NCBI GenBank assembly: GCA_951406725.2
Contig: OX597836.1
Location: 22,816,001 to 22,880,000, forward strand
Direction of reading: 5' to 3'
Length of the DNA: 64,000 nucleotides
From: Octopus vulgaris
Taxonomy: Eukaryota
The position numbers and the translations under genes were made by a program. Below the pieces are notes generated by a model. That model was not told the DNA's origin, searched no databases, and was given only the letters and a program-made list of their open reading frames with translations. Of the stretch, positions 1 to 12,545 are shown one piece after another (the first letter of the stretch is position 1; the number at the start of each line of letters is the position of its first letter).

Positions 1-498
1 ACCTGGGAAGGGTTAAGCCAGCTCCTATTGAGTTCACCACGTAAAAGATCCATGCACATCTGTTGGTGGCTGATTCTGTAGCGTGTTAAAGCCATTCCTG
101 GTTCCAGCAACGAACACCAAAGACTTGAGGGCCAGAAACAAACTCCATATCCACCTTGACTGACGTCTTCAGTTGACCGTTTCTCCACTTCTTACACCAT
201 CCTAGGGGAGGATCTGGTACTATTGCTTTCTGGACGACCTCGTCATGGGGGGGGGGGTATCACAATGTGTGATCAAACCACCATAGTCTCCTCATAGTGT
301 AGTGGGTGCTTTTTACATGGTACCAGTACCAATGAGGCCACTGAGTAGCTTGCAAGACAAAGCCCCCCCCCATCTGAGAAGGGGAAGATTGTTATACCCT
401 GGGAATTCCCCTTCCCCTACCTACTCTCCTTCGTTCAAGTGTTTTCTGTAGATGTTAATAATTTGCTCACCTGGAGCTAAATAACAACAACAACCTAC

Positions 499-671
499 CG
501 AAGTGGCTCCAATTGCAAAAGCAGTAATGTCACTCAATGTTGTGATAGTGATTGATACGCCTGCATGCTTCATAATGAGACCGATTTGTTCAGGTACAGG
601 ACGCTCTTTTTCCAATTTCGAGAGGTTGTTTAGTGCTCCAAGAATCACAAACATGTCATCTATACCAATTC
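499..671 (-). CDS. Patched-domain gene coding exon 9 ([13 protein letters not shown]...[12 protein letters not shown])
   Basis: Acceptor ttactgtttcag|, donor TCG|gtaggt, 173 nt; GxxxDD motif of SSD/RND proteins. Confidence 0.95.
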
Positions 672-3374
672 CTGAAACAGTAAAAGGAAGATAAATAAAT
701 AACAGTGGAGGCACATGGCTTGGTGGTTAGTGCATTGGACTCGTGATCATAAGATTGTGGTTTCGATTCCTAGGCTGGGCAATGTGTTGTGTTCTTGAGC
801 AAAATGCTTCATTTCATGTTGCTTCAGTCCACTCAGCTGGTAAAAATGAGTAATCCTGTGACAGAAAAGCATCCTGTCCAGGAACCAGGATTTATGATTC
901 TTACAGATTAATGTGGACTAATCAAATAAATAATTAAGAAAAGTACAATCATCCACCAATAATCCTTAAAAAATTCTTAACAAAATTACTAAACAGATAT
1001 ACAATTTTATACTGTAAATGTGGCTTAGTAATTTTATTAATATTGAAATTAGCATTTAAACAACATAGAGGATTATACCATATACTACTGAAATAGTCAT
1101 TTAAACTATAGAGAGGATTATACCATATACTACTGAAATAGTCATTTAAACTATAGAGAGGATTATACCAGATGATATTTTGTCTCCAATTGTTGCGTCT
1201 ATGAATATTAGTGTGGCCTTTATGCAATGAATCTTATCTTTGAACCCACTATTTTTTAAAAGAATTGTTGTAATAATGAACAACATGGGTAAAATCCTCT
1301 CATATGATAAGCTGTATATGCACTTAATAAACTTATTAACCAAGTTTTCAAAGTTTACTGGAGGATGGTTAAAATATGTTAAGATACTGCAAATCTTTGT
1401 TAGGTTTACTATAAGAATGGTATTTAGCAAAGCCTAAAATCTAGAGACATATATAAGAAATTAACTATGCTTGGATTCAGTAATTTTTAAACCAAACTCT
1501 TTGTATATATTGATATCTTCTTCTTAACATCTTTCATTGTATAGCCAGTCATACATCACAAAATATGAGAAATCCATAACAACAAAGATTGAATTTCACA
1601 CACACACATGTGTGTGTGTGTATGTGCATGTGTGTATATATGTAGGAAGGTACAGGCATGGCAGTGTGGTTAAGAAGCTCACTTCGCAACCATGTGGTTT
1701 CAGGTTCAGTCAACTGTGTATGTGTCTATATGCATAGGTCTGCTCAATCAGAGCTAATTGAGGACTAATTAACAAATGCACACCTGCACATTTTAATTGG
1801 AACTCCAAACCCATTCAGCTCTGATCGAACAGACTTATGATCAACAATATTCACATCTACGATCATTCAATTTCATTTAGACTTGCCTTCAGAATTACCT
1901 GAAGTTGTCTTAGAGTTGATGGCCAAAACCAAAATTGAAGAAGGGTTAGTGAGAGAGGACTTACCAAGTAGCAGGAGGGCTAAAACCCTATTTAATGCTC
2001 CGTAAGTGATGTTGAATATACCACCAAGTCCAAGAGTAACAAAGTAACCAATTGCAACACACATGATGCCGACGAAAGCCAAACCTAACTGGAATAAAGC
2101 ACAAACAACGGTTGATAAATAATTGGTTTTCAGGTTGATTTTTGTTTTAAGATTCTAGTGGTGTGTGTGTGTGTGTGTGTAAGGGTGGTATGGTGGAGAT
2201 GAAAATGAAGAACCAATAGAAGATAGAATAATTAAGGGAGGAGAGAGAGAGAAAGAGCCTTCGTGTGAACATTTGACCTTTAAGATATAACAGCCTAATA
2301 ACTCACAAATCACATTCACTGGAAGGACACACTGAATCAGCATTTCCCAACTATGGCTGTCAAAAACCCCGAGGGTCCACAAGAGGTTTCAAAGCACTTC
2401 TGCAAGATATTGCGATATATTGTTTAATGGTATGTAAATGATTCCTTGAATCATTTTGGCATTTAATTCTATATTGGAAATCTTTCTTTCCCTCTCTCTC
2501 TCTTTCTCTCTCAGGGTTTCTCCCCCACTAAATCTCTCACTCCCTTCCTTTCCCTTCCCCTTATGTTTTCATTTTTCTTTTACTTTACTGTATATATATA
2601 TATATATTACCTGTGCCGGGGACACATAAAAAGCACCATCCGAACGTGACCGTTGCCAGTGCAGCCTCCACTGGCTTCTGTGCCGGTGGCACCATCCGAA
2701 CGTGACCGATGCCAACCCTGCCTTGAATGGCTTCTGTGCCGGTGGCACATGAACATCGAACCAAATATCAATGGAAACAGTAGCTGTGATACCTGTGATA
2801 CCTTCTTAGCACACAGCCGCACCTAAATATATTTGAACAAAGGCTTCTGTGATGTTTGCTCTGTGCTGAGTTGCAGGGGCTCCATTTGAAACCCTCACCA
2901 CCATAAATAAATCCAGTGTATCCACAACCAATTTCACTGCCACTGTTGTGGCACTGTTTTGTTGATTGTGAAGACAGTAAAGAAATAAGGTCAAAGGTGT
3001 CATAAAGGTGTGTATGTATCAGGGGCAGGGGTATAGGATATAAAGGTAGCAACATACCTTTTGCTCAACGAGGTTACATTTGCCAAGACAGATTATGATG
3101 TAAACGCCCATAATACTGTAGCCAATAAACACCAGCAGGGCATCTTCTTCAAATCCAGTACCATATTGGGTGAAATCACTGAAAGGGAAAATGGAATAAC
3201 AAACTGGATTATGCAATGTACACTAAACACTAATACAAAAATAAGCAGTGCAGAATGGTAGTATAAAAGGTATCTGATATTCTTGAGAGCAAACATGACA
3301 GAGAGAAACTGGAGAAGCCTACCATCCACACACACAGGTGTATATACATATACATATATATATGTGTGTGTGTG

Positions 3375-3415
<41 letters not shown>

Positions 3416-4028
3416 AAATTAGAAAATGGAGAAACATACTTAAATCAATCAAACATCAACCATCAGATGATACCCAATCAATACTTTATTACACCATTAC
3501 ATAACAGCAAAGGCATTATACAAAATATATTGTAAATATAATTAGACAAGGAAATAGAAATATAAAATATAATATATAATTATATCATATCTGACAGCTG
3601 TTTCGGCAGTAAGGACAAGTATGCCTCATTTAACCTATAAGCCATATAAGGCAGGTATAAATGAGACATTAACAAGGATGTCCCATGGCCTCTTCAGAGA
3701 ATTTAATTTATTATAAGTGTGAAAAAAATTTTTTTACATATAAATATAAAAATATAAAATATAAGAACGTGTGCATAGACACTCATAATACTACACATAT
3801 ATATACTCATTAATACAATAATACAAAATAAACAAAATATATCAATATACATTAACAAACACAGTTATTCTACATATTGGACTTCTAGTTCCAAAACTAA
3901 CCTACAGGAAAATATATGCACACTCATTTAAATTTAAATCAGACATATACATAAAAAATAAAAAAAAAACACACAGTTCAGTTCATAAAATTATAACCCT
4001 ACAAAAGTCAATAAAAATTACTATTAAT

Positions 4029-4066
<38 letters not shown>

Positions 4067-4105
4067 CAACCATGACTGTACCAAGTACATCAATCGGACA
4101 TCTAC

Positions 4106-4155
<50 letters not shown>

Positions 4156-7100
4156 AGGCGCAATGGCCCAGTGGTTAGGGCAGCGGACTCGTGGTCGTAG
4201 GATTGCAGTTTAGATTCCCAGACCTAGCGTTGTGAGTGTTTATTGAGCGAAAACACCTAAAGCTCCACGAGGCTCCAGCAGGGGGTGGCGATCCCTTCTG
4301 TACTCTTTCGCCACAACTTTCTCTCACTCTTTCTTCTGTTGGCCTGCTCGCTTAGCCAGCGGGGTGGCGTCATTTGAAGGCTAAAACAATGCGAAGCGCA
4401 TTGTGACCAGCAATGTGTAGCAACATCTGATAGCCTGGTCGGTCACGGTGATATATATATATATATATAGTCAATTCAATGAGCAAAAGATTCAAAAAAT
4501 GAATAAAAAACAAAACGAGAAAAAAATTATAAGAGGGTAAAACACACACGAGGATGTGCACAAGAATTATATTAGTTTGACGTTTGGTGAAAGGGAAAAG
4601 TCCAAAGAAGAAGGAAAATTGTCAACAACCCTCAGCACCATCACCATCGTTTAAGGTCTGTTTTCCATGCTGATATGGTTTGGATGGTTTGACTGAGGTC
4701 TGGAGAGCCAGCGGCTGCACCAGGCTCCAATCTGATCCGGCAATGTTTCTACAGCTAGATACCCTTCCTAAAGCCAACTACTCTGAGAGTGTAGTGGGTG
4801 CTTTTTATGTGCCACCAGCACAGGAGCCAGTCACGCAGACCTGGCATCGATCACATTCGGATAGTACTTTTTACATGCCACTGGCACGGGAGCCAGTCAC
4901 GGGGCACTGGCCACAGCTATGCTATTGGTTTTACTTGACTCAACAGGTGTTACTCAAGCATATCATATCCCATGATGCATCAGGGGTACTCTTAACTGGG
5001 ATGGACATGCATGGCTGTGATCTTACTTTAGTTGCTGGGTCTTCTCAAGCACAGCATATCTCCAAAGGTCTGTCATTGCTTCTGTGAGGCAGATCATACT
5101 AGCTTCATTTCTTTCAAGCCTACGCATGTCATCAGCAGTCATGGCCCATGCTTCACTGCCATGTAGCATGGCAGTTCACACACATGCATCATACAGTCTA
5201 CCTTTCATCTCGAGTGAGAGGCCCTTAGTTGCCAGCAGAGGTAGGAGCTCCCTGAACTTTGCCCAGGTTATTCTTATTCTAGCTGCTACACTCTCAGAGC
5301 AACTAACCCTACTTCAAACTTGGTTGCCTAGGTAGCAGAAGCTATCAACTACTTCTGGTTTCTCTCCCTGGTATGTGATAGAATCTGTTTTCTGTACATC
5401 TTCAGTGTTTATTGCTCTTATGCATCTGCCACACCAAAAATCTATCTTCCTGGTTAACCTTCCTTTGATATTGCTGCACCTTTTATGTGTCCATAGCTTA
5501 TATCAGGTACATTATATGGAGTTTCTACCCATGCCTTTTCTACAGACCAAGCAGGACCATCTACCTGAAGGAGTTTGTGATTTGTCAGCCTTCCTACTTA
5601 CTAAGACTTTGGTTTTTGCTAAGTTAACCCTAAGGCTCTTTGATTCTAGACCTTACTTCCACACCCTGAACTTTGTCTCTAGTTCTGGCAGTGACTCGGC
5701 TATTAGAGCAAAATAATCAGTATAGAGAAGCTCCCAAGGGCAGTCTATCTTGAATTCCTCTGTTATTGCCTGGAGAACTATAATAAATAAGAGGGGGCTG
5801 GGGACTGATCCTCGGGGAACCCTTACTTCTACTTGGAATTTTTCACTATACTCATTGCCAACCCTCACCTTACTGACACCATCTTTGTACAGGGCTTGTA
5901 CAGCTCTCACCAACCACTTGTCTTTCCCCAGTTTCCACACTGACCACCAGATAAGGGATTGAAGGACCCTGTCAAAGGCTTTCTTCATGTCAACAAAAGC
6001 CAAGTACAGAGGTTTGCTTCCACCACTCTTGTATCTTACAAGGTAACCATGTATCTCCACTAGGGCAAGAACCCTGCTCCTGTCCACTTCTTTCATAGTT
6101 TAACCTTTTGGCACCTGGCATAAAGACACCTCTCTGTCTGCTGCAGGCTCACTCAATAGAAAAAGCCTGTTACAAATACATACATACATATATATATAGA
6201 ACAAGACTAAAACCCCATCACTCCAATCTATGAGGACCGTTATCTTGCATGCTATATGGTCATCTCACTAGTGCGGGTGTAACAAAGGAATTATCCAGCT
6301 GTAAAAACATATCAAAGCAGCCATTGGAGCATGGCATAATCCTCCAACCTGTCAGATCATGGTAAACTGTTCAAACCAAGTTAGCAAAGAAGACAAATAT
6401 TAAAAGATGATAATGTTGAGGATGATTTCAATGATTTACTTACTAAAAGCAGTAAGCATACAGTTCTTTGAAGTCTGTTGGATTGGTCTTGAAAGTATTT
6501 GAAAATTCTATTTGCCACTTCCAAGCCTAAAAGGTGAAATAATAATAATAATAATAATAACAATAATAATGACAACATCAATTATAAAACTCACTCAGAT
6601 AGCAAATGTAGAATCTCCAGGAAAGAAAATGAGTAATTGCAGTAAGCTAGCATAAAAAGAGTATAGGTTTAGACATGACTGTGTGGATAAAAGAGTGCAT
6701 TGGGATGTTAGCCAAGTGTGTGGCCTTGAAATAACAGGAAAATAGTAAGAGCACAAACCAGAGACTGTGACAGAGAATGAGAATAACAAGATCTTATGGG
6801 ACTAATCCATAAAGACTGACCATACTATTGAAGCAAAGAAGACCAGATTTAATTATAGAGGACAAAGAAAACAATGCAAGATCATAAAGTTTGCAATTCA
6901 TTATGATAAGTGAGTTGATAACAAAAAAATTTTAAAAAAAAGAATAGAAATATCAAGATCTAGCTGAAGAGCTGAAGAAACTGTGGAAAACTTAGAACAA
7001 TTATTTCTGTGGCAATTGGTGTGCTTGGTACACCAACCAAAATGCTACCTAAAAGAGCAAAAGATATTAAAATTGAAAACCACATTGTTAACCTGCAGCA

Positions 7101-10100
7101 AAGTACCATCCTATATTCGGTGAGAATCCTAAGAAAGATTCTTGAGATTTGAGGAGATTTATTTTATCAAACCTCAAGAGAGGGTGGAGGTGCAATAGCC
7201 CAGTGGTTAGGACAGCGGACTCGTGGTCAGAGGATCGCGGTTTCAATTCCCAGACCGGGCATTGTGTGTGTTTATTGAGCGAAAACACCTAAAAGTTCCA
7301 CAAAGCTCCAGCAGGGCATGGTGGCAACCCCTGTTATACTCTTTTGCCACAACTTTCTCTCACTCTCTCTTCCTGTTTCTTGAGTAACGCTGCGATGGAC
7401 TGGTGTCCTGTCCAGCTGGGGGGAACACATACACCACAGAAACTGGGAAACCGGGCCCATGAGCCTGGCTAGGCTTGAAAAGGGCGACAAACATGGTTCT
7501 GTGTTCAGCCCCATTGCATGGTACCTTGGGCAAGTGTCTTCTACTATAGCCTCGGGCCAACCAAAGCCTTGTGAGTGGATTTGGTAGACAGAAACTGAAA
7601 GAAGCCCATCGTATATATGTATATGTATATATATATATGTGTGTGTGTGTGTTTGTGTTTGTCCCCCCAACATCACTTGACAACCGATGGTGGTGTGTCT
7701 ACATCACTGTGACTTAGCGGTTCGGCAAAAGAGACCGATAGAAGTACTAGGCTTACAAAGAATAAGTCCTGGGGTCGAGTTGCCTGACTAAAGGCGGTAC
7801 TCCAGCCTGAGAGAATGAAAGGTAAAGTCAGAATGTAAAACCAGAAGAAATGCTGCTAAACATTTAATTCTGCACACTAATGATTCAGCCAGTTTATCAC
7901 CTCTATGACAATAATAATAATAATAATAATCCTTTCTGCAATAAGCACAAAGCATGAAATTTTGGAGGAGAGGGGGCGGCTAGTCAATTACACAGGGTTT
8001 TCTAAGAAATAAAATACTTATATCAGGTACGATACTTAAGAAGATTTTCAAGAAACTCTATGGGCATTGCGTTATCAGTGAACATAAAACATGACTGATG
8101 ATATGCCGAGATCCAAGGTAAGATATCACCTTCAAAAAAGTAATAATAAATTCTAATTGATTTTAGGGTGAGGGGTTAGGCAATTACATTGACCCCAGTG
8201 CTCAACTTGTACTTATTTTATTGACCCCGAAAGGATGAAATGCAAAGGTGACCGCGGTAGAATTTGAGCTCAGAACACGAAGACAAATGAAATGCCACTA
8301 AGCATTTTGTCTGGTGTACTAATGATTCTTCCAGCTTCCCGCTTCAATAATAATAATAATAATAATAATACTGATGAGGATAATGATGATAATAATGATA
8401 AATAATGATAACAACAATAATAACAGTTTCTGGTATTTTACTTTATCAAGTGCAGAGGGATAAAAGGCAATTCTTGACTTTGGCAAGAATTGAACTTATA
8501 CAATGATAATTAGTAGAATAATTTTCATGGAATCTGTCCATCTGTAACAGAACTTCCAGTTTCATTCGCAACTCTGGACAGCTCCATTGGAGACTACAAA
8601 GCTGTGCCCAGCAGGAAGTGATACAGCAGGTGTTTTGATTGCATTTGCACACTGGAATTCATCCCCACATCTTTGAACAGAGCCTTAAGCTCAGTTCGTG
8701 TATTATATGTGATCCATATTCAGCTCATCAGACAGAGTTAAAATAACCAATACATGTGTGTGTGTGTGTGTCTGCATAAGCATGTGAATAACTCTACTTA
8801 CATAATCAGAATACGGAAACTTCCATTTCATCTTTGTTACTTTGGCGCCTGTTATATAACCTGAATCATTTCTTTTAATGTTTGTAAGAAAATGATCTAA
8901 ATCACTGCAAAGAATACAACACAGTAGTTAAGATAAATAATAATAATAATAATCATAATAATAATAATAATAATAAAAACACAAAAAAGAAACATGGAAG
9001 GAGAGAGAGAGAGACAGAGCCAGGGAGAGAGAGAGAGAGAGAGATAGTATACAATCAGTTTGCAAGAGATACAAACACCAAGACAGATACAGAAGACCAG
9101 TAGCTATGGATGAGGAGGAGTAACCTGAAGATAGACAGAAGAACTTATATACACAGCACAAGAACAAGCATTAAGGACTAACTATGTGAAGTGCAGAATC
9201 AACAACACTACTGGCAGCGACAAATACAGAATATGTGGTAAGCGTGGTGAAATGGTATGACACATCATTAGCGAATGCCCAAAATTGGCACAGCATGAAT
9301 ACAAAAGATGACATGACAATGTGGCAAGAATGGTCTATTGGGAGTTCTGTCAAAACCACAGTCTAAAAAGAGCAAAGATGTGGAATGAGAAAACCCCAGA
9401 AGGAGTCACTGAGAAGTTGTAAAACCCTGTGGAATGTAATGATTCAGTGTGATTACCTGATCAGACATCGGAAACTGGACATTGTTGTGGTAAAAAAAAG
9501 AAAAAAAAAAAGAAAAAAAAAAAGGAAAGAACATACATGATAATCGACATAGCATGTCCTGGTGACAACAAGATCAAAGAGAAAGAACGAAAAACTGAAG
9601 AATGACAATGATCTGAAGTGGGGAAATATGAAGGTTGTGGTCACTGAGGGGAGTAGACATGGTACCAATAGTAATTGGTGCACTTGGAAGTATCATCACC
9701 CAACTATCAACATGGTTCAAAAGGATTGGTACAAATGTAAAGGTAGAACGCCTAAAGAAATCAGCATTGCTTGGAACTGCAAGAATTCTTCGCAGGGTTC
9801 TTGAAGTGTGATCAGTAAACAAGAGTCACCTTAGTCTGCTGGCTGTGAACAGCTGATACTTTCCATCATAGGCCAAGGTCACAACAGTCTGCCTGGCCTA
9901 GGAATTGAATCTGCAATCAAGCAATCATGAGCGCAACACCCTAGCCATTATGCTACTTGCCTATTTATATAATCACTTCACCCTGTAAAAGGCTTTGAAA
10001 CCTTCTCCCCCATTCTTTCGTAGCTAAACAGACCATACTGATTTTAAATCAACTCCACCTATCTCCCTTTTGTTGCTGCTGCTGCTGTGGTTGTTATTTG

Positions 10101-12496
10101 CTTTAGTACCTCTCCCCCTTTCTGATCTGTTCAATTTTCACTTGTCTGACCAGAGACTAATATGACCATGAACTGGTTTTCTCTTTCAAAGACTACTATA
10201 TATCTATCTAAATATTAGCTGTTTTTGTTTTTACTTTTGTTTATATAATCTTGCCTTTATATAGTTAGGGTAAATCCCAACTGCTTCCTCTTGAAGCACA
10301 TCCGCTTGTTCCATTATTGTAATCCAATATGTGGCCACAGAAGCTGCTGTCATCATCATCATCATCATCATCATTTAGCGTCCGTTCTCCATGCTAGCAT
10401 GGGTTGGACGGTTCAACTGGGGTCTGTGAAGCCAGAAGGCTTCATCAGGCCCAGTCAGATCTGGCAGTGTTTCTACGGCCGGATGCCCTTCCTAACGCCA
10501 ACCACTCCATGAGTGTAGTGGGTGCTTTTTACGTGCCACCCGCACAGGTGCCAGACAGAGCTGGCAAACGGCCACGAACGGATGGTGCTTTTACGTGTCA
10601 CCGGCACAGGGCCAGGCGAGGATGGCAACGGACACGAACGGATGGTGCTTTTACGTGCCACTAACACGGGGGCCAGACAGAGCTGGCAAACGACCACGAA
10701 ACGGATGGTGCTTTTACGTGTCACCGGCACGGGGGCCAGGCCAGGCTGGCAACGGACACGAACGGATGGTGAATACATATTAAAATGCGAATTAAGGAAA
10801 TAATAGCAGAATTATTGTATAACAAAACAGAAAAGTGGAAATTTTTTTGCTACTATTTATTTTCCATTACACATGTTTCGTTTATTAACAGGAACTACAA
10901 AGTTTTACATGTTAGATAAACATGTAAGGAATTTCCTATTTGAAATTCGTCAGAGAAAAATTATAACACAAATTTTACATTTGGATGAAGTGCTTGTGTC
11001 TAGATAGTAAGCTTCATCCTGTAATCCTGTAAAGTCCCTCAAACACTTTTCCTATGCTCTCCCCTCTTTTACCCTGGACCCCATTCATCTTCGCCCATCC
11101 ACCGCAAGAAGCTTCTGGTAGGCCAATCAAATAGTTTGTAAGCTCATTAAAATAATGTGGCTGAGGAGTTTTGGAAATGAGGTATCAAAATACCTCACTG
11201 TGTCCACAAATATGACTGGTTGGTCAAGTTAACTCTCTACATTCCAGACACAGCAAACCAAACCCAATCCCCTCCACCATACAGAGCTCTGCCTCCCCAA
11301 CATCACCACCACTATAAGGTAGTAGCAGCAAAACCAGCAGACTGAAAACTGCCAGTCCATTTTCTATGCGTACAGAAAGAAAATACACTAAAAACAAGTT
11401 TTATATACTAAAACCAGAAATGGTAGTCATGTGTTGGTTGGTATGGTAAAATAGCCAATTCTACTATATGGCTCAGAAACCTGGACGCTATCAAAGAAGC
11501 TTGAGAGGCGGTTGGATGGAACCTACACTCGCCTCCTTATGAGAGCTCAAAATCTCTCGTGGAAGCGCCATCCAACCAAAATGCAAATATATGGGAAACT
11601 ACCACCTGTGCCATCTCTTGTGAAAGGTAGGAGAGTCCAGTTTGCTGGACATTGTTGCAGAGCTGAAAAAGAGATAATTCCTACTCTTCTCCTCTGAAAG
11701 CCATCTACTCGCAATACCAGAGGGCGCACACTCTCCTACCCTGATGTAATCTCCAGGGATACAGGCATCCAGCAACAGGACCTCTGTAATGCCATGATGG
11801 ATCGTGAAGTCTGGCGTAGCATGGTAAATTCCATTGTCTCGACCACGGTTGAACAATGATGATGATGATGATGGTAAAATAAATCTCCACTTACTTGTGT
11901 TTGCGGTCATAGTCATTGACAGCTTCTAAGATCTGGTCGCGGGTTTGTTTCTTTATTAATGGCTCAGAGTAATTCCAAAACCGAAGTAAGGATTCAGCCC
12001 GACAAAGTCCCCTATTGGAAAAGAAGAAATTTATTAGGTTTAACACACCTGTCCTCCACAGCAGAAATGTTAAGGTCACTCCCTCTGGTGAAGAGGACTG
12101 GCCTACAAGAGTCTTGTGCTGGTGCCACATTAAAAGCACTCATGCTGGTGCCATGTAAAAGCATCCATGTAAATTGGTTGGCATTAGAAAGGGCATTCAG
12201 CTGTAGAAACCAAGCCAAATCAGACTAGAACTTGGTGCAGATCTCCAGCTTGCCAGCTCTGGTCAAACTGTCCAAACCATGCCAGCATGGAAAATAGACA
12301 TTAAAGGATGATGATGATATATACATACATACATACATACATTCCTATATACATATTACAACTTGCTCTATAACAGTAGATCTCTGCATATGTATATATG
12401 TATGTGTGTGCTTGTGTATAAGTGCCAATGCACAAAATTTTTGTCCCCTGAGTCATTCTGTAACTTCTACTGATTAATAATCTAAATAATAATAAT

Positions 12497-12545
<49 letters not shown>

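Noticed and set aside
8036-8129. Candidate extra exon of the Patched-domain gene
   Set aside because: Weak donor and incompatible phase; exons 5 and 6 join without it.
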